A stretch of 64,000 nucleotides of DNA. Origin: the human T2T-CHM13v2.0 reference genome, Homo sapiens. Positions within the stretch are counted from its first letter, which is position 1, and each line of letters opens with the position of its first letter. Shown piece after piece: positions 41,058 to 55,066 of the stretch. The translations under genes and the position numbers were made by a program. A model generated the notes under the pieces. The model had not been told where the DNA came from and did not search any database. It saw only the letters and a program-made list of their open reading frames with translations. The DNA lies in the NCBI RefSeq assembly GCF_009914755.1, contig NC_060926.1. The stretch is one strand, 5' to 3'.

Positions 41058-41073
41058 GGGAGGGAGGGAGAGA
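41010..41073. repeat. (AG)n/(GGGA)n polypurine tract
   Basis: About 15 AG units followed by AAAGGAAGGGAGGGAGGGAGAG. Confidence 0.92.
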
Positions 41074-41179
41074 AATATGTACCCCAGGAATAGGTCATGA
41101 GTTTGGCTATCAAGATAAAAATGCCTCCGCAATTAGGGATTTGGGCTCATACCCAGCCTTCCTTTGTGCCATATAAAGC

Positions 41180-41640
41180 AGCATTTTATTCTTTCATTCA
41201 AAAATATTTACTGATTTTGCTTATAATAAGCAAAAATAAGCAAATTATACAATATGTTAGGGGATGGTATTATGACAATAGCACAAGCAAAGCGGGGTGG
41301 GGGGGTGGAGGGGGGTTGAGATTGAGAATGCCCAGGTGAAGTGGAGGCAGATTACAATTTTTTAAAGGGTGGCTGAAGTAAGCTGATGGAGAAGGTGACA
41401 TGAGCAAGGTCCTGAAGGATATGAAGGAACAAGTCAGAAGGATCCAGGGGAGGAGCAGTGCAGGCAGAGGAGGAAAACCTGGTGTAAGGCACGTGGAAGG
41501 CCTGGTGCACTTAAGAAACACCAAGGAGTCCACTATGGCTGAAGTGAAGTGATGGAGGACAGTAAGGGGAGATAAAGTCAGAGAAGTTATGGGGAGAGGA
41601 GGCAGAAAATATAAGGTCTTGTAGCCATCGTAAGACAGCC
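41180..41640 (-). mobile_element. L2 fragment(s)
   Basis: TTCATTCAAAAATATTTACTG (L2 3' end, reversed) and GAAGGTGACATGAGCAAGGTCCTGAAGG...GGTCTTGTAGCCATCGTAAG. Confidence 0.65.
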
Positions 41641-42164
41641 TGGCAACTGTGTCAGTGTGGCAGCAGCACTCCGAGGACCCTGCTGATGGAAGTTTTAAAC
41701 ACTAACAGCATTACAAGTGGAGAATGGAAGACTGCCTAATCTGCTCCCATCCAAGATCATTTAGGAAGCATCTCCTCATTTCTCCTCAATGTGGTATTAA
41801 AATTCTTCTGCCCTGGACATTTGTCAGTGGTGGGACCCATGGAGTACATCTTGGTCTAGCAGTATCAGAGGTCAGAAAAACCATTACATCTGTGTAATAA
41901 CAATGAGGTACAAATGAACAGCCCTGTAAAGAAATAAAAGCAATCCAGAAAGACTCACAACAGATATATCATTACTGTCTACACAAGCCAAGGAAACGCT
42001 GGTACTGTTAGGCAGACATTGAAAGGAAAGCAGGGGAGAGGAGGAAAAGAAAGGAATGAACAACAATGGCATGATGAACTGCTTCCAGAAGAATGTTCCT
42101 TCATGCTCAAGGCTGGGAATTTATCAAGAGGTTTATCAGGAACTCAGGTAGAGAATGAAGCAGA

Positions 42165-42813
42165 CGGCTGCATAGTATTCCATGGTGTATATGTGCCACA
42201 TTTTCTTAATCCAGTCTATCATTGTTGGACATTTGGGTTGGTTCCAAGTCTTTGCTATTGTGAATAGTGCTGCAATAAACAAACGTGTGCATGTGTCTTT
42301 ATAGCAGCATGATTTAGAATCCTTTGGGTATATACCCAGTAATGGGATGGCTGGGTCAAATGGTATTTCTATTTCTAGATCCTTGAGGAATCGCCACACT
42401 GTCTTCCACAATGGTTGAACTAGTTTACAGTCCCACCAACAGTGTAAAAGTGTTCCTATTCGCCATAAAAAAGGATAAGTTCATGTCCTTTGTAGGGACA
42501 TGGATGAAGCTGGAAACCATCATGCTCAGCAAACTATCTCAAGGACAAAAAACCAAACACCGCATGTTCTCACTCATAGGTGGGAACTGAACAATGAGAA
42601 CACTTGGACACAGGAAGGGGAACACCACACACCGGGGCCTGTCGTGGGGTAGGGGGAGGGGGGAGGGAATAGCATTAGGAGATATACCTAATGTAAATGA
42701 CAAGTTAATGGGTGCAGCACACCAACATGGCACATATATACATATGTAACAAACCTGCACATTGTGTACATGTACCCTAGAACTTAAAGTATAATAAATA
42801 ATAAAAAAAAAAG
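42165..42813 (+). mobile_element. 5'-truncated, 5'-inverted (twin-primed) L1PA element (L1PA4/5-like)
   Basis: 42165-42460 is antisense end of ORF2; 42462-42813 is sense ORF2 end, 3'UTR with G-tract and poly(A); 15-bp TSD AGAGAATGAAGCAGA at 42150-42164 and 42814-42828. Confidence 0.95.
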
Positions 42814-45314
42814 AGAGAATGAAGCAGATGCATACCTCACAGGAGGTTTAAAAGTCAGAACCAATACTTTTAAATTGTGATTTATTAAGCAGGCAAAATA
42901 CAGGTAATACAAACCTCTGCATATGAAACACATATCCAGGCAAGTTGCTGAATGTTTCCTGTCTTCAAATAATTAAAGGCGGGGCAATTAATTCAATGCC
43001 AAAGTAAATTCCTACCAAGAATGGGTATAAGAAAAATCACATTTTAAAAAACTTTCAACAAAGATGTCAATCAAGCTAAAAGTTGCTAGAAATCATGATT
43101 TTGAGTATTTGCTGACTTTAATGTTTACTGACAGTCCAGGAAACTGTTGTGCATCCACTAATTTCTTTGCAGGGCCATTAAGAGAAGGGACCAGATTCTC
43201 CTTTCCAATGGAAATGCATTAGATATCCAAAATATCAGCATTCCCAAGTGAGCCACTTTGATAATAAAAATAACGATTGCTATACAAACTGAAAAAAGAA
43301 GGTGACTAAGCAATGTTCCTTCTGTGATTTTAAGGGTAGTCAAACAGAGAGCATGAGAAACATTTGCTTCTACCTCTTTCCCCAAAAAGTTTGAGGCTGC
43401 TGGCAAAAATATATGCAACACCACAAGACAAAAATAGATATAAAGTTCAAGGTAAGTGAAGAAAAAATCAACCCAGGAGTAGTTTTTCCACAGATACATG
43501 AACCTGAAAGTGAGATCCTGCAGAGCTGCTAATGTTGGATGCAAAGCTGACTCATAACTTCTTAGTAGTGAACATAGGGAAATACAACATTACGAAATTG
43601 AGTATTCATTAGAGTAAAACCAGGTCCTGGGCTTAAGAGAAGTTCTGTTTTTCCCAGCTCTAATGCCGGAAGGAGCGTCTTCCTGTGGTTCCTCCTAAAA
43701 GCCATACTCTATGTGCAATGCACGGTCAAGGGATCACCTGGGGCCCAAGTACTGGAATTCTACAAGGGCAAATAGCTATGTGGTTAATGCACAAGGCTTT
43801 CTGATAATATTGCTGCATCCAGGGATAAATGGCACATTCCTTGGAACAGTGGCTACCAAATTAGGCTCTGAAGAAGTACTTTAGGGGTTCCATCAATTTT
43901 CCATATGAATATTTTGTATTTAAAGACTTCTTAGCCTTTAAGTACAAAAACAAATAATAGGAAATGCAGGCAAATATATAGCACAACAAATGTTAACTTA
44001 CTGATGACCACATCTACATTAAGTTGCTTCAAGTGCTGACACTAGACAAATGTATCTCCTGCTATCTCTTTGTATAAGTGAGTCACCGATTAGGAAAGTT
44101 GTAACTCTGCGTTGGTATTCTTTTGGAAATTCAAGTCTGCACATGTCCGTTCATATAAAACTGTACAAATGACCTACACATCCATCATGCTCAAACAAAT
44201 GCCAGGCCAAGAGCAGGTACAACTAGTTGGCACACACCCTCACCATGATCTAATAGACAGCTGTATAATACTAAAGTGCCTACCGCGTTGCATCATGATA
44301 AAGTGACATCATTGACTGGTACTGATGCTAAGTTTTGGGTGCTTCTGGTCTGACTTTTATATCTATTATGAGGCACGTGAATAGCTGTATTATTATGAAT
44401 TCAATGTTGAGGCAAAAAAATTATTTCCAGCTTCTATTAAGATTAATTCAAGGGGATATCAAGACAAAATGAGCTTGTTAAAAATTAAAACCTTTTGCAG
44501 CTGCATAAGGATTTTCCAAATGTCATACAACCAAAACAAAATACAGAAATAAATTAGGTATGTTACTGATACTGTTCTGCAACTGTTATCCACATTTTTG
44601 AGTTTATCAAAACTGTCTCACTGTTCTCCCTGATAAGTTTATAAATGTAAATTTGTACTTATAAAGCATATAATTAAAAATACCACTTATAAATATTTTT
44701 GTATATAGTTTTGTTGAACATTTTTTTAAAACTACACTTGCTGGAGTAGTTCTCTTAAACATGTCAGGAGATGCTGATTCTGTCAACCCTTGGAGACTGG
44801 GTGGGGCCTGTCACCTCCAGCAATGACCAGCCTCATCCATAGGTGGCAATCCAACATAATCTAATTCAATGCCAATATAACATAATACAAATATTATCCT
44901 TTCCTCTGTCTGCCAAGTTGGGAAGCTCTGTGATGAACAAAGAAACTCCAAATCCTTCATACAATTCTTCATAAATCTTATTTCTTCGAAGAGCTTGTGT
45001 CAAGACCTGCCCAGTGGAGAGGACAAAGTTAAGTTCTTTGGCAAGAAACTGAAGTACAGATATTTCATCCTCATGATAAAGAGCAGAGTTAAGTGTAACA
45101 TTCACTTGTGAAAAGTAAAGTGGCAAATCAAGAAGAGTGGATATTTCAGGAGATATGGACTCTTTTCCCAAGCCTGCCCCTTCCTAGTTTTGTGACTCCA
45201 AAAAGGTCATTTAACCTTCCCTGAGCCTCAGCTTTTTCAGTTATAACATAAAAAGACGAAATCAAGCTCTCAACTGGGATTGACCATTAGAAGCTTTAAA
45301 AAAGCTTCCCAGTA

Positions 45315-45510
45315 GCAGTAACATTAATACATGCCAAAAGTGTTCAGAGCACTTGACATTAACCCACTTAGTCCCTACAAGAACCCTACGTTGCAGATAT
45401 TATGATTATCCCGACTTTATAGGTAAGGAAACTGGGGCACAGAGAGGTTGAGAAATTTGCTCAAACAAGAGGCGGGGCCAGGTGGAAAGCTCTGAGCCTG
45501 TGCTCTTTAG
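45315..45510 (-). mobile_element. MIR fragment
   Basis: TTAGTCCCTACAAGAACCCTACG...ATTATCCCGACTTTATAGGTAAGGAAACTGGGGCACAGAGAGGTTGAGAAATTTGCTCAA. Confidence 0.75.
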
Positions 45511-47974
45511 TATAAGTGCCTGTTATGCTGTTTCTCCATTAAGTATCTCTCTGTCTTCTGACTCCTGAATCTATAGAAGGACCTGACATGTAAATTTTGA
45601 TTCTGGTGCGTGCTCCTCGTTAACAGCCACTTGACTAGAAGAGATGTAAAGTTCTGTAATTCAGACTAGAGATGAAAAAAGTTCAATAAACTTTTTAATT
45701 AAATAAATGCTCAAATTCTTGTGCCTCAAAAATCAGAGCCAAAATTAAATAAGTATGGCTTTTAAAAGGTAATTGCATGCTGTCAAACTTAAACTAAGGG
45801 TAATGAATAGGGGTGGTGGAGGAAAATCTAAGAAACAAAATATTATCTAGCCAGCTACACAGGGGCATTGAAATAGGTTAAGCATTGGAGCAAAAGCTAT
45901 GCCTCATATTAAGGGACAGTGAAAACAATTCCACAATTTATGGCCTGGCTTTGAAGGTGAAGATGAAACACTTTGGAAGCCCACTTGGAAAGCATCAGTG
46001 CTCCTGTCCAAATGGGCTAGCAGGCCCAATTTGTTTCGAGGACCACAAATGAATGTCTCTTTGTTTCATCTTTAAAGAACTAGTCCTTATGCTGCAGGAA
46101 AGTGTCCTTTGTAAATCTGGAAATCTAAAGCTGTACATGCAAATGCTGATACTCAAACACATGCTGATCTCCCATGCAGATTCCTTTATTAACATGTGAC
46201 ACTTAACAGAGGCAAGAAGATGCTATGGCACAAAGAAAAAATGAGGGAGACAAGTGGTCCTGGCCCCTTAAGCAATTTAGACAAGCGTTAAGTCTGGCAT
46301 GGCCAAGTTAGTAAGCGCATAGACAGGCAAGAGGAGAGAAAGTCCATGTGCCCTGGCAGCACCATAAACTTGGTCAGGATTGTTTGTGCTGTGAGTCTAC
46401 TTTCTCGCTAATTCTAGATACACCATTTATGGAAACTCATCTTCCTTTCCTCCCACTCAGTTCCACGGCTCTCTCACGAAATTTCGTCTCAAAAGTCTCC
46501 AGTTTGAAGTCAAACAATTCTAATCAAGGGAGTTGCAAACACTTTATTAAATAAAAAACAACTTTTCAAATAATTTATACACCTAAAACAAAGTATAAAC
46601 ATCTAAGAAAATAATTAAGTATTGGAGATCACTGCTGACCATACAGGCTATCTCGACTGAGAGTTTCGAATCCACTATAAATAATCAGTGAGTAATAAAC
46701 AAACAGAACACCTGTTTCAGCTGACAGAATGTTTAATTACTAGTCTCTCTTCTGCACTGAAGATTCAACAGCCTGGAATTCATGCATTACTTCTTTCTGT
46801 TTAATAGCCACACCAAAAGTACACTAACTCATAAAGCAAACAGGCACTCAATTTGCAGTTTCCCCTGAGAGTAGATGAGAATTTCCAGGTAAGAATAAAA
46901 ACAAACTCTTTCTCCTGATCCCTATATTTGTTAATGATATCAAATTCCCAGTTTCTTAAGACTCCAAATCTTATACTCATCTTTGAACCACATTCTTCCT
47001 CTACCCTCCCTCTGGCCCACATTCTATCAAGGACAAACATTGGGGCAGCATGTATCACCCACCTTCTCAGTGAAGTACAAGTCCTCTTCTGGTGTTAAAG
47101 ATTCCCCCCATCATGGCATCAGTGAATACCAGACAGGGCAGGTAGGCAAGCTAGTCCTGTCTTCAGTGCTGGGGTGGGGCTGCCTAGCTCATCCTGAAGA
47201 TTCATTCAAATGCCAAACTTTGCCTGATGCCCCCCATCACATGCAATCACTCCCTACTTTGTAATCTCAGTAGTAACTTTCTATCTCTCACATTCTGATC
47301 TACATTATGTGTGAAGTTCATTTTCTACACCTCCTTAAAGGTGGAAAATGTCTCAGTGCAGTATCTAGAAAAATCACTGGCATAATGTCTAATAAATATT
47401 TGTTAAATTACAAAAAAAATGGGATTCACCATTCACTTCTCCCCGAAGTGTCTTGATCTTATGTTTTAATCAGATTTATACTTACAGCAAAACTATAATG
47501 TTCTTATATGCCCATTATTTTCTAAAGCAGTATTAGGACTTGTAAGACAGTGACCCCTAAAAAATTGTTTCTTTTCATATATGCACAAACCCTCTCAGGC
47601 GCCTAGCAAATGACAAGTTGGATACCTTCTCTATGCTGTGTAATCTTGGGGAGCTGCACATTAGACAGCTAACCAGGAGCTGAGTTTCATATGACCAGCT
47701 ATGCTAAAAGGGATTATTTTGCTAGATGTCAGGAAAGACAGGTTCCTCCTCTATCCTCCTGCCTTTATTTTGAGTTTTTTATTTTATTGGCTATTCAAGT
47801 GGACATAAGAAAAGGTGCTTTTTCTAATAAAATCTTGTTAAATCTATCATGGCCCAATATCTCTTAGGGTCCTGGAGAAATTAGTCTATTGTAGTTTGTG
47901 GTGCTGATGAGGAAGCAAGGGTGCTGATGAGGTAAAGAGGAAGTTAATAAAGTAGCATTCAGGGTACACTTGGA

Positions 47975-48375
47975 GAGGCAGAAAGCACAGTGGTTCAGAG
48001 GATGAACTCTGGAGTCAGACTGTCCATTCTTAAGTTCTGGCTCCACCATTATCAGCTGTATTATCCTAAGCAATAAGAAAAAGAAATATCTTTCAACTTC
48101 ATTTTGTTCTTCCTCCATGTTATGAAGCAGCAAGAAGGCCCTCACCTGATGCCAACATCATGCTCTTGGACTTTCCAGCCTCCAGAACCATAGCCAAATT
48201 AACTTCTTTCCTTTATAAATTACCTAATTTGTGGTATTCTATTATAGCAGCAGATAACAGACTAAGACAGAAAATTAGAGATGATAATTTTGCTCATAAA
48301 ACTCTTCTAAGGGTTAAATAATAAAATACTTGGCATAGTTATCGGGAGACAACAAGCATTAGACAATTTTTGGCT
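47975..48375 (+). mobile_element. MIR interrupted by an MST-type LTR 3' fragment (about 48100-48269)
   Basis: AGCACAGTGGTTCAGAG...CTCTGGAGTCAGACTG (MIR); AGCAAGAAGGCCCTCACC...CTCTTGGACTTTCCAGCCTCCAGAACC...AGACTAAGACA (MST end); then GAAAATTAGAGATGATAAT (MIR resumes). Confidence 0.75.
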
Positions 48376-51300
48376 GCTAGCATTATTTAGATGTTTACAC
48401 ATTACACAGAATTTTTTTTCACATGCATTTATTATGAACTAAAGATGAAGGGAAAAGTTATACATTTCTGAGATTCAACAGTAACTCAATAAGGAAATTC
48501 TACATAAAACCAAGCACAACTGCCAAATAAAGATTTTAGAGGCTTTTATTCCTGATGACAGTACTTTCACCTTCGTATAATGGTTAAATATCCCCAAGCT
48601 GCTGCTACAGAAATCCAAGGCTCATATAAAGGAACAAGGAAAGGATGTAAATACTATCTTCAATCACAGAGAAGGAAAGGGTGATTTTTAAAAAAATTCT
48701 TATGGTTATGATAATTATTTCCAGTGCCGGCTCCCCAATTAACTTCTGCTAAGGCTGATATTAAAACGGGTTTGCCAACAGCTTGTGTGCAGTATTTGGG
48801 CATTAGAAGACAGAATGGCTCTTTATCATGCCTAGGAGTAACAAAAAGATACCCTAAAGAAAAAGGTCAACTGACAATAACGAAGATTGGCTAAATTTCT
48901 AAATATCCATGCTTACCAGCAGATTTTATACTAAGGATACATTAGAAAATAGACATAACTGAGATTTTCTGTCAAAATATCAAATGCATGTATGAAGTAG
49001 GTACTTGGTAATAATTAATATTTGAGGTTTCAACAACTCAGGATGACATTAAAATTCCCTGACGTGCAGTTATGCTTAATACTGCAACAGCACACATTTG
49101 AATTGTGGATACTCTCACAGAGGAGAGCACGTCATGAAGCCAGTGAAGAAGCATAGCCCATTACCTAAGGTCCATATTTCAATAAGGTTTTGTTCTAATT
49201 GTGTACACAGCAATTTTCAAGAGGGGATTAAACACTGTGTTAATTTTTGAAAACTGCCACCCCCTAAGAAGACAAACCGACTGACAGTTCTAATGATAAA
49301 ATCGAAGAAAGTATACACAGAGGTATGAGATGGTTCTCTATTGGGAAGCAGGTATTTATTTCATGGGATTTTCTTTTTCTGTGATGCTAAAATTATTTCT
49401 GTGAAATCTGGGGATTTCCAAAAGTCTTCAGACTACATACCTTGGTATGTCAAAGAAGTACTGTACATAAAGTATTACTTAAAGTGCCAACAATCTTCTA
49501 AACCAAGAGAAGTAATGATGCAACTAACATGAAAAAGAAAAGGATTCTATATTTCGCTTACCCAAGAGATGAATGGGAAGAAGATTCAGTTAATTACACA
49601 ATTGCTCTTAAGCTCTCAACTCTGCTTTGGTGTCCATTTATTGGGCAGGGGACGGGGGATGATTGCAAAGGTTCTGTGTTTTGCTCAGTCTCAAATGCAT
49701 CATGTGTTAAACTCTTCAACATGGAACCTTACTGGAATACTGTCCATGATGAGAGAATTGAGTTACAATCAGTGACTCAACATTTTGACTTAGCAGATTG
49801 GCATTCCTTTTTACGATGGGACAAATTCTGTAAACTGCACATCGTATAGATCACACTTTTCAGCAAAATGCTCAAGTTCCTTGGTCTAAGCCCTCATTGT
49901 GTCATTTATTATGTGTCATCCTATTATGCTAGCAATAACAGAAGCAAGCCAAGTTCCAGAAAATACTGTTATTAATATTTTATGTATGGAGAATCTTCTA
50001 GATCAATGAATAAAGAACTTGAGAAGATAAAAATGAGTTGTTTTCTGGAACAAAAACATTTGGAAATCAAAAGAAATCCTATGATTTATAAAACAAAATT
50101 TGTAAATGGGTGCAAGAAGCTATATAATAGTAATAGACACAAAAATGGAATGCATTTTCTATAAGTAACTGCAGAAAACTCATCACTTTAACCCAATTTT
50201 CACTTTTTGGGAAGACTAAAACATTTTTTACCAGTCAATAAAGATTAGTTTTTATTTTTTTAATTTTTAAAGGACACACTTAATGAGAGAAGAACTATTT
50301 GCCCACAACCCTATGTTTTTGTTTACTTTTATTTTTCTTTCCTCGACCCTCAAAGAAATATAAGAAATAAAAATTCACTAGATACAGATTTCAGTAGCTT
50401 TGTAAAATACCATTTTAAAAAAAACAGAAAATTCAAACAACTACAATACAATATAATATAGCTCAATATGTCCTAATCTCAATTATCTGAGATGTAGTAG
50501 CTACCAAAGAAAAAATCATCTGTGGATATTTTATTGTAATGCCTGTGAGTTAAATACACCATAACCACTATCACCATCACCAGCAGTAAGACAGTTCTTC
50601 AATTTGCTTGGAAGATAACACATAAAGGGTAAATTATATCTTAAAGAGAAGCTATTTCCTTATATTAGCCTCTAATTTAACCCTACACGAAGAGCTTCGG
50701 GTTTCTAAGACTCAGAGGCGTTGCTTTAGAATGATGCCGAATGCAGGCAATGAAACCTTTGGTCTATGTCTGTCACATCTGCATAGCAATCTGAATACTC
50801 CTGTGTAGAATACATGTGAAGCATGTGTGTCTCTTTCTTTCTAAAATAAATGTAATAACTAAGGGTATGTTCAGGCTTTTTGGACTGAGTCAAGTCATTT
50901 GACCTTGGGTCCCCTAACTCAAAATTCTCTCTTCAATTTAAAAGTGAGAACTGAGTCCCTCCTGGGTGGAATGATTTTCCTACCTCATCATAGGATCATT
51001 CTTTTGTATTGAAAATAAGGGCTCTCCTATTTCAGGTAATTTCTATACATTCCAAAGGATTTCCTATTTACATAGAGATTTCAAAACACTGGGTCTGTTG
51101 GGCCCATTGCTCCTTTCAGAGTAAATGTTGAAGGTAACTTCATAATAGGGTAAAAGCTGATTAAGCATCAAAAAACTATTTAATTTATTAGAATGCCTTC
51201 ACTTTCAAATTTTACCCTAAAGGTAGCCTAATCATTTTGTAATAAAAGCGATGATTATTTAATTTCAGGGTGGAGAGAAAACATCTTTTAGCAGATGGAT

Positions 51301-51434
51301 TGCTTAAGAAATCTTAGTATTACAGAGATCAATGGAGATGTACAAATAATGAATATAACCATTTCAAGTTGTCCTTCTCCTGTTAGTTGCCCTAATTTCT
51401 TATGACAGTAAGAATAACTTAAAATATTCTTTTA

Positions 51435-51559
51435 AATCCCAGCTACTTGGGAGGCTGAGGCAGGAGAATCGCTTGAACCCGGGAGACAGAGGTTGCAGTG
51501 AGCTGATCACACCACTGCACTCCAGCCTAGGCAACAGAGTGAGACTCTGTCTCAAAAAA
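51435..51559 (+). mobile_element. 5'-truncated Alu (right arm only)
   Basis: AATCCCAGCTACTTGGGAGGCTGAGGCAGGAGAATCGC...GAGACTCTGTCTCAAAAAA. Confidence 0.9.
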
Positions 51560-52941
51560 TAATTTAAATCAGCATTCAACAAACTAGCTAGTGGTTTCAG
51601 AAAAGCAAGTGGTTCATTGGGCCCTATTTGTAGATAACAAAAATAAAAGCATGGTCAAATCTGGGGAACACAGGGAGACGCTGGAGTTTTGGGACTAAGA
51701 GAGAACCACTAAAAGTCGGTGCCTTTCATGTGTGCTCTCTCCCAGTTAATGCAACTAGAGGCTTCCCTCTCACCTATGAGAGTCCTTGCCTTCTCCAATC
51801 CACTCTTCCTACTTTTGTCAAAATTAGCATCTGAGAGAGACAGAAAGAAAGGAGAGAAATTCATTATGCTACTCTTCTACTCCAACAGCTAACTTTTTCT
51901 CTGTAACTAAAGAATAAACTCCAAACTAAAATGTTAGCGTTAACTGTCTTAGTCAAGATGCTAACAATATGCCCCCAACCTACACCTCCAGCCTCATATT
52001 CCTTTACACCCACTGACACCCCGTCATGGGAACCCCGGGTAACTAACAACTGCCGAGTGCCAGCTCTGCACCAAGAAGCCCTTTCTGTGCCTTTTTAAAC
52101 ATCCAAGGGTTCTCACACCTCTTGGGCACTTCTTGATGCCTGGAGGATACTATTGCTTTCACCCTTCATGAAATTTTTGTTGTCCTTTAAGACTGAGATG
52201 TCATCTCCTTCCTGAAAGCTACCCCAATTCCTTCACATCAAGGTTAGCTTTCTTCTGGCTTCTCCCAGTACACCACATTGATGATAATACTATCCTGTCT
52301 CTCTGCTGACCTGTCTTGCTTTACTGTTTCACCTTTTAAGATCTGTGCTGTGTTCAAAAGCACAAGGAAAACTTACAGAGAAAATAAAACATAGGGACAG
52401 AAAATAAATATGTATTGAATATTATAAATGAGGAAACAGATTACATTTCAAAAATATTTCATTTTAAATAGTAACAGGCTATCATATCATAAGCTAGATT
52501 TAATTTCACATTTCTATTAAAGTCATATGTTTTACTGCACTTGGAAACAAGTTAAAAATTTACTGAATCAAGAATTGGTTTAGGAATGAAGGAAGGGCTG
52601 TCTGTAAAAGACGCAAAGAGTAGAGATTTTTCTTTTAATATCAAGTCACTGGTTTTTCCATTAAAATAAGTTACTGCTACACTGAGTTATCTAGAACTCT
52701 GCATATGATGTCAATACCACAGCAACCTTTAAGATACCCGGCCTTGGCCAACAGAGACTCTCAGACATTTACTCCACTACAAATCAGGGAGAGCCATTAC
52801 CAAATCTTGCACACCTATGCTATTTGTAAATCTTTAAAAAAGGCTGGACATAATGGAATATTTCACATGCCACAGTAATTATTATGATGAGCAATAATCA
52901 GGGGTGGGTAGCATGTGGCTGCAACAATTCTTCTGCAAACA

Positions 52942-54297
52942 CAGGCATATCTCAGAGACATTGCAGGTTTGGTTCCAGACCGCTGCCATACAGCGAGTAT
53001 TGCAATAAAACAAGTCAAACGAATTTTTTTGTTTCCCAAGCATATGTAAAAGTTATGTTTACACTATATTGTAGCTTATTATGTAATAACATTATGTCTA
53101 AAAAAGCCCGGTGTGCATACCGTAATTTAAAAATACTTTATTAGCCAGGCACAGTGGTGCACACCTGTAACTCCAGCTACTCAGAAGGCTGAGGCAGAAT
53201 CACTTGAGCCCAGGAGTTCAAGGCTGCAGTGCACTACAATCATGCTTGAGAATAGCCACTGCACGCCAGCCTGGGCAACACAGTGAGACCCCAATCTCTT
53301 AAAAAATATTTTATTATAAAAAAGTGTTAACAATCATCTGAGCTTTCAGCCTAAGTTGTAACCTTTTCATTGGTTAAGGATTTTGCCTTGCTGCTGATGG
53401 CTGCTGACTGATCAGAGTGGTGGCGGCTGAAGGATGGGATAGCTGTGGCAATTTCTTAAAATAAGACAACAATGAAGATTGCTGCATCAATGGACTCTTC
53501 CTTTCATGAAAGATTTCTCTATAGCATGCAATGCTGTTTCATAGCATTGAAGAGAGAAGGCTCACTTCTCTCAGCCTTCACAGAGTTAAAGAATTAGGGT
53601 CTTGCTCTGGATTAGGCTTTGGCTTAAGGGAATGTTGTAGGTGGTTTGATCTCCTATTCAGATCACTCAAATTTTCTCCACATCAGCAATAAGGACGTTT
53701 TGCTTTCTTATTCATTTGTTCACTGGAGTGGCACTCTGAATTTCCTTCAACTTTTCCTTTGCGGGCTGTTTGGTGCAAGAGACCTAGCTTTCGGCCTGTC
53801 TCGGCATTTGGCATGCCTTTCTCACTAAGCTTAATTTTGATTTTAAAAGGTTTTAATTTAAAGTGATAGATGGGAGATTCTTCCTTTCACTTGAACACTT
53901 GGAGGCCACTGCAGGGCTATTATTTGGCCTAATTTCAATATTATATCTCAGAGAAAAATGGAGGAGAAGGAGACAGAAGGGGAATGACCAGCCAGTGGAG
54001 CAGTCAGAACACACATAACATTTATTGATTAAGTCCTATATGGGAATGGTTTGTGGTGCCCCAAAACAATGAACATTAAAGATCACTAATCACAGATCAC
54101 CACAACAGACATAATAATGATGAAGAAATCTGAAATATTGTGAAAATTACCAAAATGTGACGCAGAGACATAAAGTGAGCATATGCTATTGGAAAAATGC
54201 CAATAGACTTGCCCAATGCAGGGTTGCTACAAACCTTCAATTTGTATTTTTTTTTAAAAGCAGTATCTGCAAAGCACAGTAAAACGAGGTATGCCTG
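52942..54297 (-). mobile_element. Internally deleted Tigger1 (Tc1/mariner-pogo) DNA transposon
   Basis: Terminal inverted repeats CAGGCATATCTC (52942) and GAGGTATGCCTG (to 54297) followed by TA; the interior matches Tigger1 as I recall it. Confidence 0.88.
53143..53301 (+). mobile_element. FAM (fossil Alu monomer) nested in Tigger1
   Basis: Monomer with the 7SL-like GAATAGCCACTGCAC segment; TSD AAAAATACTTTATT (53129-53142) / AAAAATATTTTATT (53302-53315). Confidence 0.85.
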
Positions 54298-55025
54298 TAC
54301 CCCTTCCTCCCAAAAAAAAAGCCTCAAGGAAGAGGAGGTTGGAGGTTATGTTAGCATTAAGCTACTTCCCTGGCTTTCTCAGCTTTCAAAATCAAAATCT
54401 GGTAGAGCTTCTTCCTCCTTTGTTTTAAATGTACAATTCAATATAAATTAAGCTTATTCTAGCAGAATTTCAAGGATGGAAGAAACAAGAGATACTAATA
54501 TTTGTTCAGAGACAATTGTGTTGTAGGCTCTGGACCAGCTCTTTTACTTACATTATTTGATTTAATGCTTATCACAATTTTTGATAATAGCGTTATTTGA
54601 CCTATTTTACAGTCTGTTGACTGAGAATTCAGAACTTGCCTAGCACTTTTAGGTAACTCTGGGATACCAAACCCAGCAATCCTGACTACAACGCTTTTGT
54701 AGTCTGGGTGACAAATCTGTTTAAGATGATACGCTGTTAGCATCATGTACTGTCACAGACATGTGGCTAAGTAATGTAACAGGCACTTGGAGAACAGAAC
54801 TATATGGAAATAAGATGCTGATTATGAGCTGGCAATACATAAAAATTTAGAAATAAAGAGGAGAGTTACTGGTGTGGTCCAAGCACAAAGGAGGCAAACA
54901 GCGTTTGGACCTGGCCTTGCTGAATAGAGATGGGGAGGGGAGGCACCAGATGGGAGGTAGTAGAGGAGCAAATGGTTCTCCTGTCACACTGTAGGGAGGG
55001 AGGAGTCAGCCGGTTCTTCTGGTAG

Positions 55026-55066
55026 GGAGAAGAAGGAAGAAGGGCTGGAGAAGAAGGAAGAAGGGC
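55026..55066. repeat. 21-bp tandem duplication, purine-rich
   Basis: GGAGAAGAAGGAAGAAGGGC(T) occurs twice. Confidence 0.85.

Noticed and set aside
42136-42411. ORF resembling the L1 ORF2 C-terminus (WRFLKDLE..IPFDPAIPLLGIYP)
   Set aside because: It is the inverted fragment of a truncated L1, not an independent gene.
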